Origin: Chiloscyllium plagiosum
Lineage: Eukaryota
DNA length: 64,000 nucleotides
Direction: 5' to 3'
Assembly: GCF_004010195.1 (NCBI RefSeq)
Contig: NC_057719.1
Location: 12,927,727-12,991,726, forward strand
The translations under genes and the position numbers were made by a program. Below, in pieces: positions 13,495 to 25,197 of this stretch; the stretch's first letter is position 1; the number at the start of each line of letters is the position of its first letter. Under the pieces are notes generated by a model, which saw only the letters and a program-made list of their open reading frames with translations, was not told the DNA's origin and did no database searches.

Positions 13495-13981
13495 TCATGA
13501 CATGTCAAAGAAGAAAGCATGAACAGAACAGATCTCTGAACCAAACTGTTCCACGATTCCATTTAACCCACTGAGAAACCAACCTAATCCCTTCTCAAAC
13601 AGGCAATGATCCACAGCAAATCACCCAAGGTGGGGAAATCTTTCTGAAATGTCTTCTTGCTTTTCCAAAGTAATTGAGCAAAAACAATCCACCACATCCC
13701 TCAAATTACACAAATGCCACAATTCAACTCTAATCAGCAGCATTACATGGGATATATTACTTCCCATAATGTCACCACTGTTATGAAGTCTCTACACATT
13801 TATCCCACTGAATGACAGAGCAAACCAAAGCCCTTGCTTCATGCTGAGTTAGTTGATTGTGGGGCTGCTATAATTAACCTCAGGATCCTGGGACAATATC
13901 CACTGGGTGCTGTGAAGGTGACAGTGTGAAACTCACTGGCTGCATCCTTGCTGACACTCATTGTAACAGAATGTCATGTCA

Positions 13982-14275
13982 GCGGCGCGGTAGCTCAGTG
14001 GTTAGCATTACTGCCTGACAGCACCAGGAACCCAGTCTGTGTGGAGTTTGCATGTTCTCCCTGTATCTGCGTAGATTTCCTCCAGGTGCTCCAGTTTCCT
14101 CTCACAATCCAAAGATATGCAGGTCAGGTGAACTGGCCATGTTAAATTGCCTGCATTAGTCAGGGGTAAATATAGGGATGGGGAATGGGTCTGGATGGGT
14201 TACTCTTCGGATGGTCGGTGTGGATTTGTTGGGCCGAAAGGCCTGTTTCCATACTGTCAGGAATCTAATCTAATA
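13982..14275 (+). mobile_element. tRNA-derived SINE (HE1/V-SINE-like)
   Basis: A-box tagctcagtggttagca, conserved core gtctgtgtggagtttgca..ctccc, CR1-like tail. Confidence 0.75.
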
Positions 14276-14404
14276 CATTAATAATGGTTATACGTCACTA
14301 GACAATGCCTGGCTAACTGGCACTAACCCTGACAAGGGGCTGTGTGCCCTGCAAGTGACAATAAATCTAATTCTTTTAAGTGGATTCCCCATAGTCAACT
14401 TGAA

Positions 14405-14620
14405 CAACTGGATAAAGTTACAAATCACACAACACCAGGTTATAGTCCAACAGGTTTATTTGGAAGCACTAGCTTTCGGAGCGCTGTTCCTACAACCACC
14501 TGATGAAGGAGCAGCGCTCCGTAAGGTAGTACTTCCGAATAAACATTTTGGACTATAATTTGGTGTTGTGTGATTTATAACTTTGTGTACCCCAGTCCAA
14601 CACCGGCACCTCCAAATCTG
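14405..14620. mobile_element. palindromic hammerhead-type mini-element
   Basis: aaatcacacaacaccaggttatagtccaac...ggactataatttggtgttgtgtgattt arms around CTGATGAAGGAGCAGCGCTCCG (GAAA mutated). Confidence 0.7.
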
Positions 14621-15204
14621 GAACAACTGGGGCAGATTTTGCAATCCTATACTGATCTACATCTCGATGTAATTGTTATGACAATGAGGTTGAACCCTAA
14701 AATACTGTGTGTGTTTTTAGCCCTCAATTCGAAAACACTTTTTTCTAAAAGAGGGCTGCTACAGAGAAAAATGATCTGCGTGTGTAAAATCTGTGGTTGG
14801 CTGACAAAATAATTCTGTATGGAATCTGAAAATATCAGAAGAAATTCAGACAGAGAGAAATAATACTGAAGAATATCCAATACTAGAAGACATCATCAAG
14901 GTACAAAATGACCTGTCATCCCAGGTGACAATGTTTACTACTGTCAGTTATCTAATACTAGAGGAATGGTTTGCCAATTCAGTCTTTAAAAAGGAGTGCT
15001 GACTCATCCTGTGATCAGAGTTAGTTTAAACAATCCACTAGCCACTGAGACTTCAGTGACTAAAATCTTGCATAGTTTGCTTCTTAATTTCAGGCACAAT
15101 GGGAACAGTGTCTGTTGTCAATAAGAGTGAAAATCTGCACAAAAATGCGTCAAGTTTGAAAGTCAGAAACTCAGATGTAAAGTCTAAATAAAAGTCAGTC
15201 TCAC

Positions 15205-15257
15205 CAGTTCCAATCCACTCTCTCATCCAAACCACCAGTCCTCTTCAGGAGTGACCC
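15205..15257 (-). CDS. ABCD4: ABCD4 exon 16
   Basis: GSLLKRTGGLDERVDWN(W); 53 bp; less common AAG acceptor (ttgcattAAG), GTGAGA donor. Confidence 0.88.
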
Positions 15258-15842
15258 CTTAATGCAAGAATAGCTAAATCAGTTAGACTGTAACTCTCTG
15301 AGGTTCCAAGCTGTTGACCAAGGAGATAAGGATTAGAGTCTATATCAGCCTTGCGGAGTTGCTTGATCAGATCGAGCTCAGAATGTGCCTCTTAATACCA
15401 GCCAGGACAGCCAATTATCTTCCAGCTTCATGAGAGAGCCAAAGACAGAAGCTACTGGAAATACTCAGCACATCACGCAGCCTCAGTGGAGTCTTCAACA
15501 TTAAATATTAGCACTGCATCTCTCATGGAGTCAAGTAGCTTGTGTTTTACATGTACATTTATGAGCTGGGCTGTACGTGGAAGAAATAGGGGATGAATTG
15601 GATATTTAGGAGTCAGCAAGATATAATGGGCCAAATAGCCACCTTATTTGCTGCACCATTCTTTAAAGGCAGAGAACACACAGAAAGTACACTCCGTTAA
15701 CTAACAAGAAATTTCAACACATCACTTGACACTAGGGTATAACGCATGTAAATACACAGTTAGAAAACCAGTTGAAACATCAACCCAACATACAGTTTAA
15801 TATGCCATCCAATCCCCTTGATTTGGTTCCAGCCAGTCACTC

Positions 15843-16370
15843 CCAGGTATCTATTATTCTATAATTAATAGACCACATATTTATTATCCATTATTACAAC
15901 TTGTACTCATTATCCTATAGCTAACTATTATTCATTAGCTTATGCAAAAACCAGGTACCCGTTATCCAATGCATAAACCAGGTACTCATTATTCCATATG
16001 TAATAGCCAGAGGTTGGTGTCTTACACATAAACAAGGTATAAATTATTCTAATATTTAAACCAGGTATCCATTAAACCATACATGAGGCAGGTGTCCATT
16101 AGCCCATATATGAACCACCGGAGTCCTACAATTAGACTGCAGTCTGTAACTCACTGTCGGCTATCCTTTTCATATATATGAAGCAAACTGAATCTTTTGC
16201 ATGTATTCTAATCTGTAAATTATTCTCAAGTATCCATCATTCCATACCTAAAACATCTGAGGCCCTTACCGATTCCATCTGTAATCACTCCTGAGTATCC
16301 ATTACTTTATATTTAAACCATCTGAACCCCTCCTAAAACTGCTCAGGATGAAAGAACTTTAAACAGGTAC
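15843..16370. repeat. degenerate ~28-30-bp minisatellite
   Basis: Recurrent aaaccaggta(t/c)ccatta..ccatat motif, clearest at 15946-16115. Confidence 0.55.
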
Positions 16371-16676
16371 TCAGAGAGAGTCACACTTCAATCTTCACTC
16401 CTGTTACTTGTTGAAGAATACTGCTTATTGTAGATACTGAAACACACTTTACCAGAAGACACCATTAAGATCTAAAGTTTAAACAACAACCACAAGCTGC
16501 CCTTCCACATACAGAACTGTTTTGTTAACTATTAATCCAGGTCCCTTATAACTGCATCCATTTCAGAAATAATTTGCTCTGTATATCCCATATTCCTTCC
16601 TGCAGTTAATCCTATTCTGCCTGTCCTTCAGTATCAAAGCCCTACTCTCCTGCATCATGTGTGCAATGCACTGTAG

Positions 16677-16768
16677 GGTCTGTCCACATGCTGACTTTCT
16701 TTGAGTCCCGTGGAGTTATGTTTTTTCCCCAGAAAATGTACTTCACTGATGGAACCCTGCGAGAACAG
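16677..16768 (+). pseudogene. inverted duplicate of ABCD4 exon 13 (with splice dinucleotides and downstream intron to ~16845)
   Basis: 82/92 nt identical to exon 13 by manual alignment, on the opposite strand; next 34 intronic nt identical; [30 protein letters not shown]. Confidence 0.9.
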
Positions 16769-17408
16769 GTAAAAACAATGGGTTTGATTCATCCACGTGG
16801 ATACCACTCTGTAGGCCAGCATTTATTGCGCATCCTAATTGCCCTGGAGTGTGTGCAATTCAGACAAAACTTTTTTAGAGTTCTTGGTCACCCAATTTCA
16901 TTCCTACAATGAACACATTGAAAACAGAGCAAATGGTAAAAAGTAGGAATGCTCACTCATTCGAGAGAAATGACTGGTCTTTGAACCTGAAGATCACCAT
17001 GCCTCAATGAGGGGAGAAGTTGAAGAGGAGAGCCCTTCAGGTAACCTCAGCTGAAGCAGAAACTGAACCTGTACTGTTGGCGCTCCTCTGGATTGCGAAC
17101 CAGCCCCGAACAGCAGATGGTATTAACACCAGAACAATACAAACATTGAAGCACAGAGATGGAGGAGGCAGCGCTGTGCAGGGATCTGAGCAAGCGGGGG
17201 ATTTCTAAATGTGAGGCACATGTAGGCCAATGGGCAATGGCAGATGAGTAAGACCAGAGTGATGAGTGGGAGATGTGTGGGGCTGAGGGTAACTCTTACA
17301 CACGTTCAATCAAATTGCAAACGTGTGTGAAGTGCGTGTGTTGTAAATGCTGAACCGTGTAAACTCTGCCCTGGTGCCGGTAAAAGGAATGAGTTCTCAA
17401 TGACTCAC

Positions 17409-17458
17409 CAATCCGGTCAATGTTAAGAAGCGGGTGATTCTCTCGTCATCTGGTAAAC
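17409..17458 (-). CDS. ABCD4: ABCD4 exon 15
   Basis: LPDDERITRFLTLTGL; 50 bp; CAG acceptor, GTGAGT donor. Confidence 0.9.
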
Positions 17459-17551
17459 CTGAGGGAAATAATGCATCAAAAGAGTCACCTCTGTACTTCA
17501 GTCAACAAACTGCTGCTGTGAATAGTTGGCTTGGCACATGATGCTGTATAC

Positions 17552-17588
17552 CTGTAACTGGGTAGATTTCCTTCAAAGGATAAATTAC
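17552..17588 (-). CDS. ABCD4: ABCD4 exon 14
   Basis: VIYPLKEIYPVT(G); 37 bp; CAG acceptor, GTATAC donor. Confidence 0.9.
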
Positions 17589-18591
17589 CTGTTTTCAAAA
17601 AAAGACAGACAAAAACGGAAACATTTTTATAAATTGGTTTTCAAGCAGCTCATTTCAACACAGCCCTCCCAATCACTCTGCCCTGAGAACATTACAGTGT
17701 CTAGCTCTTGGCATTTTCTCCCCAGAATTCTTTCATTCCACAACTCTGTCCTTCCTTCCCGAGAGCTCTAATTTCCTCTTTCATGGTCCCCATACTCTCC
17801 CTGTCCAAGGACTCTCCCACCTTTCTGATTAGATAGCTCAATGAACATATGGGAGTGATTTAAAGCTAAGGAGGAGTTTGAGCTGAGAATGGTGAACACC
17901 AATACAGACCGGTTGGGCCGAATGGCCTGTTTCCTCTCTGTAACATCACTGTGTATGCAATCTGTGAAGTTCACGGAAGTAAGCAGGGGTGGAGGTAAAA
18001 CAGAAGAAGCCTGTGACAGTGATTAGGATATTCCTATAGGCAGCCTGTATGCAAGAGGCCTTTTCCACCCTGAGGCTCCAGCTCTGACACGTCCACCGAG
18101 TTTCTTTAAACCTCCAACTCCAATTTCCTCCCTTCCAACTTCCTGCTGCCCGAACACCTGACATTCATTCAGGACAAAGAGCCTGGCATGACTTGCACCC
18201 CCCCGCAACACTCCTGACACCGTGACAGTACTGTGCACCAAGTACTGTGCACTAGATGCACTGCTGTAACTCAACAAGGCTCCTCTAGAAGCGCATTCCA
18301 AACCCCTGACCTCTACCATCTACAAGGTATTAGATGTATGGCAACACAATCATCTGCAAGTTCTCCTGCACGCCACACACCAGCCTAACTTGGAAAATAA
18401 TCGGCTTTCCTCCATTGTCGCTGGGTCAAAATCCAGATTCTCTTCTGAACAGCACTGTGGGTGTCCCTGAACACCAAGGACTGCTACAATTCAAGAGGAA
18501 AGCTAACCACTACCTTCTCTGGGGCAATTAGGGATGGGCAATAAATGCATAAGTGACATCCACGTGGATGAATCAAACCCATTGTTTTTAC

Positions 18592-18683
18592 CTGTTCTCG
18601 TAGAGTTCCATCAGTGAAGTATGGCTTCTGGGGAAAAAACATAACTCCACGGGGCCCGAAGGAAGTCAGCATGTGGACAGACC
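18592..18683 (-). CDS. ABCD4: ABCD4 exon 13 (Q-loop)
   Basis: [30 protein letters not shown]; 92 bp. Confidence 0.95.
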
Positions 18684-20362
18684 CTGCAAGTAAAGAGTAC
18701 AGCCTTTCAACAACTCGCCTTTTCAATTCAATTATGATGCACATAATTCAAGAAACAATGACTTGAATAACGTTCTAAAAATGTAGCTGCAAGGCCAGAA
18801 AAATGACCTGCTGATTGGGTTCAGCTATACTACATCTCTTTGCCTCTGTGGAAGAGTGTGTNNNNNNNNNNNNNNNNNNNNNNNNNNNNNNNNNNNNNNN
18901 NNNNNNNNNNNNNNNNNNNNNNNGGGGGGGGGGGGGGGGTACAGCAGAGAAAGTCAAGCCTGGGAGGAACCAGTGACATCATTCTCCGGCACAGCTATTA
19001 CAGCCATCAACCAAACCGAGGGGGGGATGTGGCTCCTTTCCTCACTCTGCCCATGGATGATGCTCTCACACTGTGAAACACAAGTGTACTCCACAGAGAG
19101 TTGAGGATTCCGACCTCTTCCTCACTGTGGTTTCTCAGACACTCAGCCCCGAAACAAAATCAAGATGATGCTGGAAACATTCAGCAGGTCAGGAAGCAGC
19201 TGTGGAGAGAGGATCTGAGTTAACGGTAACAACATGAGTACGTACGAGCACATGTATTAAGAGCAGGAGTAGGCCATCGGACCCTTGACCGTGCTCAGTC
19301 ATTCAACAGGATCGTGGCCTATGTGACTGTGGCCTTAAATCCATCTTCCTCTGTTTTTTTCTCAATAGCCTTTGACTCAATCAAGAATCTGTCTACCTCT
19401 GCCCCAAAAGTATTCAATCAGCCAACCTCTACTGCTCTCTGGGGAAACAGAGTACCTCAGACCGAAGACCATTTGAGAGAAAAATTTCTTCTCATCTCTA
19501 TTTTAAATAGGAGACTTTTTATTTTTACACGACGTTCCCTAGCTCTTGACTTTCACACAACGGGAAACATTCTTTCACTGTTGCTGCATATTAAGTCCCT
19601 TCAGGATCTTCTCATGCCTCTAAATTTCAATGATTTGGTTTGATTTATTGTCATGGGTATCTCGTTACAAAATACAGTATAAAGTGTTGGGCAGTGTTGC
19701 CACTCTTTGGTGCCATCTTAAAAATATACCAAAATGTAGAATGTAAAGGCAGAAAAATGAAAGCAAGAGAAAGTGCCCAACTTTACAGCTCTTCTCCTTA
19801 AATACTCTGCCCTTTGCAATGCCGCTGCCAATGGAACAAAAGTTACCACACATCAGCGCTATCTCACCTCCACAAACCCCCTCGCCACGATGAGTCCTCA
19901 TTGGACCTCGCCAATGCAGACGCCACTGATACCACCATGCACCACACTGGCCCAAACTCGACATCACCACTGCCATGAGTCTGCTTTGCTAATGGATACA
20001 TGTCCAACCTTTCCTCATATGAGAACCCAACACTCTCATCTGCAATTATGTCCTTTCTCAATAAAGGTGACCAAAATTACACACAGACTCTCAGTGTTCA
20101 TTCACCAATGGCCTCTTCAACTCTAACAAACATTTCTATTATAATATTCCATTCAACCTTGCAATGAATGATAACATTCTATTCACCTTCCTAATTACAT
20201 GCAGTACCAACTGACTAACATCTTGCGATCTATATACCAGGACACCCAGATCCCTCTGTACTGCAGAGTTGGCGATTAGTGCCCAGTGAGAGCAGAGCAA
20301 TACCACAGAGGATCATGGGATTACCTGGTTGGAATGGTTTCACTACATTGGTCAAATCTTAC

Positions 20363-20583
20363 CGTGAGCTGTCTCCCATAGTCTATTCAGGACCCGTAAC
20401 AGAGTGGTCTTTCCAGAGCCAGTGTTGCCCGTTACCAAGAGGTTGTGCCCCGCGATGACTGTCAGGGTTAGGTTTTTCACTAGCTCCTCCTTGGAGGACA
20501 GTGCAGTAAAGGAGACCTGCTCCAGGATAAAGGCCACATCACCAGACTCTTCCTCGTCCTCCTCTTCTGAATCTATACTGTCC
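20363..20583 (-). CDS. ABCD4: ABCD4 exon 12 (Walker A)
   Basis: DSIDSEEEDEEESGDVAFILEQVSF...LLVTGNTGSGKTTLLRVLNRLWETAH(G); 221 bp; GTAAGA donor. Confidence 0.93.
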
Positions 20584-21509
20584 CTGCAGAACACCATAAT
20601 GACAGTGTGAGCCTATTGTACTTTGTGATGCTGATAGCCTCCAACACTGCGTAATGGGTCTACAAACAACATGCAGTAGACATTGAGAGACATTGTGAGT
20701 AAGTAAAAGCAAGAGAGAGTGAGTGTGGGGGACACGGAGAATGAGAGTGTGTGTGTGTTTGTGTGAGTGCACCTGGTTAGGGATATATTGTTTGGGGGGG
20801 GTGAAATATATTGCTTAATAGCAGCCAACAGCATCTCACTTACAGGTGTCAGCCTTGGCTCAGTGCTGTGAGTTCAAGTCCCACTCCAGAGACTTGAACA
20901 CAAAAACTCACCTGTAGCACCAGGTCGGAGAATGCCATCTTTTACTCAAGACGTTACACGAAGGTCTTGTTTGGCCCCCCCGGGTGGTTGGTAATATTGT
21001 AATTAGAAGTGAACAAAATCTCCACAACGTCCTGGCTAATATTTACCCCTTAAATAATATTACAAAAAGTTTATCATATTAGTGTTTGTGGGAGCCTTAC
21101 TATGGGCAAACTGTCCGCCAAATATTTTACATTCCAATTGTGACTATACATTGACAGCTGGGAAGTGCTTTGAGATCTGAAAGAAGTTACAGAAACAAAA
21201 GTAGATATAGTGGATGTGGAGAAGATGTTTCCATGAGTAGGAGAGACTAAGATCTGAGGGCACTGCCTCAAAGTGAAGGGGTGACCCCTCAGAACTGAGA
21301 TGAGGAGACATTTCTTCAGACAGAGGGCGGTAAATCTGTGGAACTCATTGCCACAAGAAGCTGTGGAGGCTGTCACTTAAGACAATGATAGATAGGTTCT
21401 TGATTAGTAAGGGGATCAAAGGATATTGGGAGAAGGCAGGAGAATGGGGTTGAGAAACATATCAGCCATGATCAAACAGAGGAGCAAACTTGATAGGCTG
21501 AATGACCTA

Positions 21510-21840
21510 GTGGTATTATTGCTTGACTAATAATCCAGAAACTCAGCTAATGTTCTGGGAACCTGCGTTCAAATCCTACCATGGCAGATGGCGGAACTTT
21601 AATTCAATAAAGAATCCAGAATTAAGGGTCCAACGATGATCGTGAAATCATTGTTAATTGTTGGAAAACCCATTTGGTTCACTAATGTCCTTCAGGAAAG
21701 GAAACCTGTCATCCTTACCTGTTCTGGCCTACATGCAACGCCAGACACAGAGCAATGTGGCTGAATCTTAACTGCTCTCCGGGCAATTAGGGATGGGCTA
21801 TATATGCTGGCCTAGCCAGAGATGCCCGAGTGAATAAAAA
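21510..21840 (+). mobile_element. tRNA-derived SINE with Deu/Nin-like core
   Basis: Same family as 6195-6535; another copy at 48065-48335. Confidence 0.55.
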
Positions 21841-23164
21841 ATTGCCTAATTCTGCCTATATCATGTGGTCTCAGTGTCTGGTTGGCACAGCTTGACTGAA
21901 AGCCTCCAGTGCTCTTTATCATCAGGATCATGTGACAGGTTAAGTTCGAGGTTGCTGCAAAGGTTTTCAACATAAAGCAGCCAATTTCACATATTTCCAT
22001 GAGTGGTGTTAAACAGGGTATTATTTCAGACTGTCTATGATATAACAGTCCTTAATCATCTTACACAGGATGGATACAGCCCTTTCCTTATTGCTGGGAC
22101 AGAGGAGAGGATTCCTAATGAAGGGCTTATGCCCAAAACCTCGTTTCTCCTGCTCCTCGGATGCTGCCTGACCTGCTGTGCTTTTCCAGCTCCACACTCT
22201 CATCTCTGATCTCCAGCATCTGCAGTTGTCACTTTCTCCACTAGGAGATTGGGCCAGGATTCTAATTCTAATTTATTTTCCTATTTTCCCCAAGGGGTTG
22301 ATTTTCTGTCGGTGCTCCATTTTACTTAACAGGTGAATCGGAACTATATCACTGTTCCTTTACTGTCACTGGGTCAAAATCCTTCCCAACAGCACTGGGA
22401 GTGTACCTACACCAAACGGAATGGGAGACAGCTCACTGCCATTTACTACAGGGCAGTTAGGAGTGAGCACTATAGGCTGCCCAGCCAGTGACACCCCACA
22501 TCCCGTGAAAAGATCAAAAGATAGTTTGGGACAGTGGAGGGGATTGAGAGAGATGGTGATGAGGTAACCCTAGATGTCACTCACATTTGTAGGGGAAACT
22601 GATGCCTTAGGTTGGCTCTTGTCACCAAGAGGCAGCTTTTAGATATATCAGGGACCAGGAGGACAGGGGACAACAGGCAATGGTGTGGGAGCCAGGAACA
22701 GGGGGCATTGCAAGTGATATGCTCAATATGATTCCATAGGTAAACAGAAAATAGGTGCAGGAGTAGGCCATTTGATCCTTCGATCCTGCACTACCATTCA
22801 ATACAATCATGGTGGATCATGCAATCTCAGTATCCCATTCCCGCTTTCTCCCCATACCCTTTGATCCCTTTAGCCGTTGAGGGCCACGTCCAGCACCCTC
22901 TTGAATATATCTAACCAACTGGCCCCAACAGTGGTAGAGGATTCCACAGGTTCTCTGAGTGAAGAAATCTTTCCTCATCTCAGTCCTGAATGGCTTATCC
23001 CTTTATTCTTCAAATGTGACCCCTAGTTCTGGACTTCCCCAACATTGGGAACATTTTTCCTGCATCTAGCCTGACTCAGCCCATCAGGATTTTACACTTT
23101 CTATGAGACTCCCCCCTCATTCTTCTAAGAATGGATCCAGGTGAGAGCAGTCTCACCTGACTAG

Positions 23165-23600
23165 ACAGCGGTGGGGCTGTGGGCCGTTCGAGAAGGATGA
23201 GGAAGGAGAGTTCTCCCCTGTCACAGTCACGCACGTCGCCATTTCTGACTTGGACAGGAACCGTTTGGTCCTGCAGCAGAGGCAGAAACCCGAGCGCATG
23301 GTCTCAAACGTGGAGCTCTGGGAAAGATAAGCTGGGATTTGGGAGTTGGAGAGGAATGGCGTGGCAGGAAATGGGAGTCTGCAAGGATGGTCGAGTAAAT
23401 GGTCGCTTTTTCTTTTCAGGAGAAGTGCACAAAGTAGCAGATTTGAAGGAGAATCTGAAGACAGAGAACCATCAGTACTAGCCAACGTGGAAAGCAGGTA
23501 GGGGCACTGGGCGTTCAGCAATTTAGTGGGAACAGAGTTAAGGAAACAGGAGATGGTAAAATGTGGAGAAGACACGCAGAAAGGTAGGGGAGAAACCAGA
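23165..23600 (-). mobile_element. ancient L2-type LINE RT fragment
   Basis: Decayed PTKLL.., QIPAYLSQSSTFETMRSGF and (frameshifted) DCDRGELSFLILL, resembling L2 ORF2 (FESLQSGFR..LLILLD). Confidence 0.6.
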
Positions 23601-23957
23601 GAAAGGTAAGGGGTTGAGACTGGGCTGGGTTTGGTGGGGAGTCAGGGAAAGATTTAGTGAGATCAACAGCTTGGGAAAAAAGGTAAGTTTAAAGAAGAAT
23701 CATAAAGGAAGAGAGGGGTGTTTCAGGAGAGAATTCTAGACCTTGGTGCATTTGCAACATATGTCTGAATGAGTGGTGACACTGGAAAGAGAAGCAATGA
23801 GAAACCTTTCAATGGAAGGAAACATCAATCTCTGACGGTGAATCAGATCGGAGGGAAACCAATAGGAATCTGGCACATTCTGTGGTTAAAGTTAGTTGGT
23901 GCTTTAGGTGGCAATGAGAAAGGGTTACTGCCATGAGGGATACTCAGTAAAACTTAC

Positions 23958-24050
23958 TTGTCAAAACCTGACAATTCCTTGCATGATGGCTGTCTGCTCT
24001 TACGATGTGATTTGCAGAGTTTGAGGACCATCTCTTGCAGCTCTCCAATT
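23958..24050 (-). CDS. ABCD4: ABCD4 exon 11
   Basis: IGELQEMVLKLCKSHRKSRQPSCKELSGFD(K); 93 bp; CAG acceptor, GTAAGT donor; phases fit both neighbours. Confidence 0.85.
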
Positions 24051-24683
24051 CTGTCAGTGATAGAGAACAGAGAAACAGCCACTGAATGTCAGCCATGATC
24101 TTGGTGAATGGAGGAGCAGATTAAACCAGCCGATGGTTTACGTTTGCTCCTGAGGCTTAAGATCCTCCCTGTGCAGCAGCAGCAGTGAGCCAGATCGTTG
24201 CTAATTGACATCATGAGCCATCACTGTAAAAATCTCACACCAAAATGAGTCATCAAGTCGCCCTTTATTACAGGGCTAAGGATGGGTCACAGCATATACA
24301 CACACTCTGGGTCTGGATTCCTTATCCAGTGGTGCGTGTGTCCAGGAGCAATGGATATGAGGACAACTCAAGGCCCCAGTTTACTTCAGCAGCTGCTGCA
24401 GGCAGAACATGGTCTGACTCCATTGCCTTCTGTCTAGACAGACTCTGGCTCACTGCCTATGAGGTCCGGTGTGGACTCAATGAGCCAAATGGCTTGTTTT
24501 CACAGCATAGGGCTTCTGTGATTCTATTATCTTCTCCACCCCATCCCACAGCTTTTCTCCCGCCATTCTATCCATCTCCCCCTCCCCCCACTCCCCCACT
24601 TCCACCCCGTCCTCTCCCCCTCCACCCCATCCCACAGCTACCTCTCCTTGCCCACCCTCCCTCGCTCACAGAGCCTTTCCAAC

Positions 24684-24775
24684 CTGTGTGTGTAGCCCGC
24701 AAGATCAGACACAGTAGTCGAGAGGTCAATGAGTTGGCTGAAGCAGTGTATCAGATACATGGACACAAAGGCATT
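24684..24775 (-). CDS. ABCD4: ABCD4 exon 10
   Basis: [31 protein letters not shown]; 92 bp; weak donor AG|GTTGGA. Confidence 0.93.
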
Positions 24776-25197
24776 CTGCAAAAAATAAAAAGCAGTGTGC
24801 AGTGCAAAGGTCACAAATCGAAAATGGACAGACCTCGTTTTGGACATCCCGGAACGAGAATGGTTCCTGCAACTGAACTCTCCGAACTGAACCGTGACTT
24901 GGGTGTGTGGGGGGGGAGGGGGAGGGGGGGGGAGAGAGAGAGGAAAAAAGTTCTGAACTTTCCAGCATTACTCTGGAGATCTCAGAAATTAAACATTTAT
25001 TGTCTGGTAACTGGCAAGTTTCTCTTCACTTTTGGCTATAAAATATACAAGTAGAATTAGGCCATTCAGCCCATTGATCCCACCATTCGATCATGGCCGA
25101 TGTGTTTCTCAATCCCATTCTCCTGTTTTCTCCCTGGAACCCTTGGTCCCTTCACTAACCAGGAAGCTATCTATTTCTGTCGTAAATACACTCAATG

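Noticed and set aside
16661..16912. Second ABCD4 gene on the plus strand
   Set aside because: Only exon 13 is duplicated; no other plus-strand ABCD4 exons seen and the acceptor lacks a pyrimidine tract.
23157..23317. Apparent extra ABCD4 cassette exon (CAG acceptor, GTGAG donor) or 140-aa ORF
   Set aside because: It has a stop in the phase needed between exons 11 and 12, and the translation resembles decayed L2 reverse transcriptase.
24245..25054. 269-aa plus-strand ORF
   Set aside because: Antisense to exon 10 plus a low-complexity C tract; no recognisable domain.
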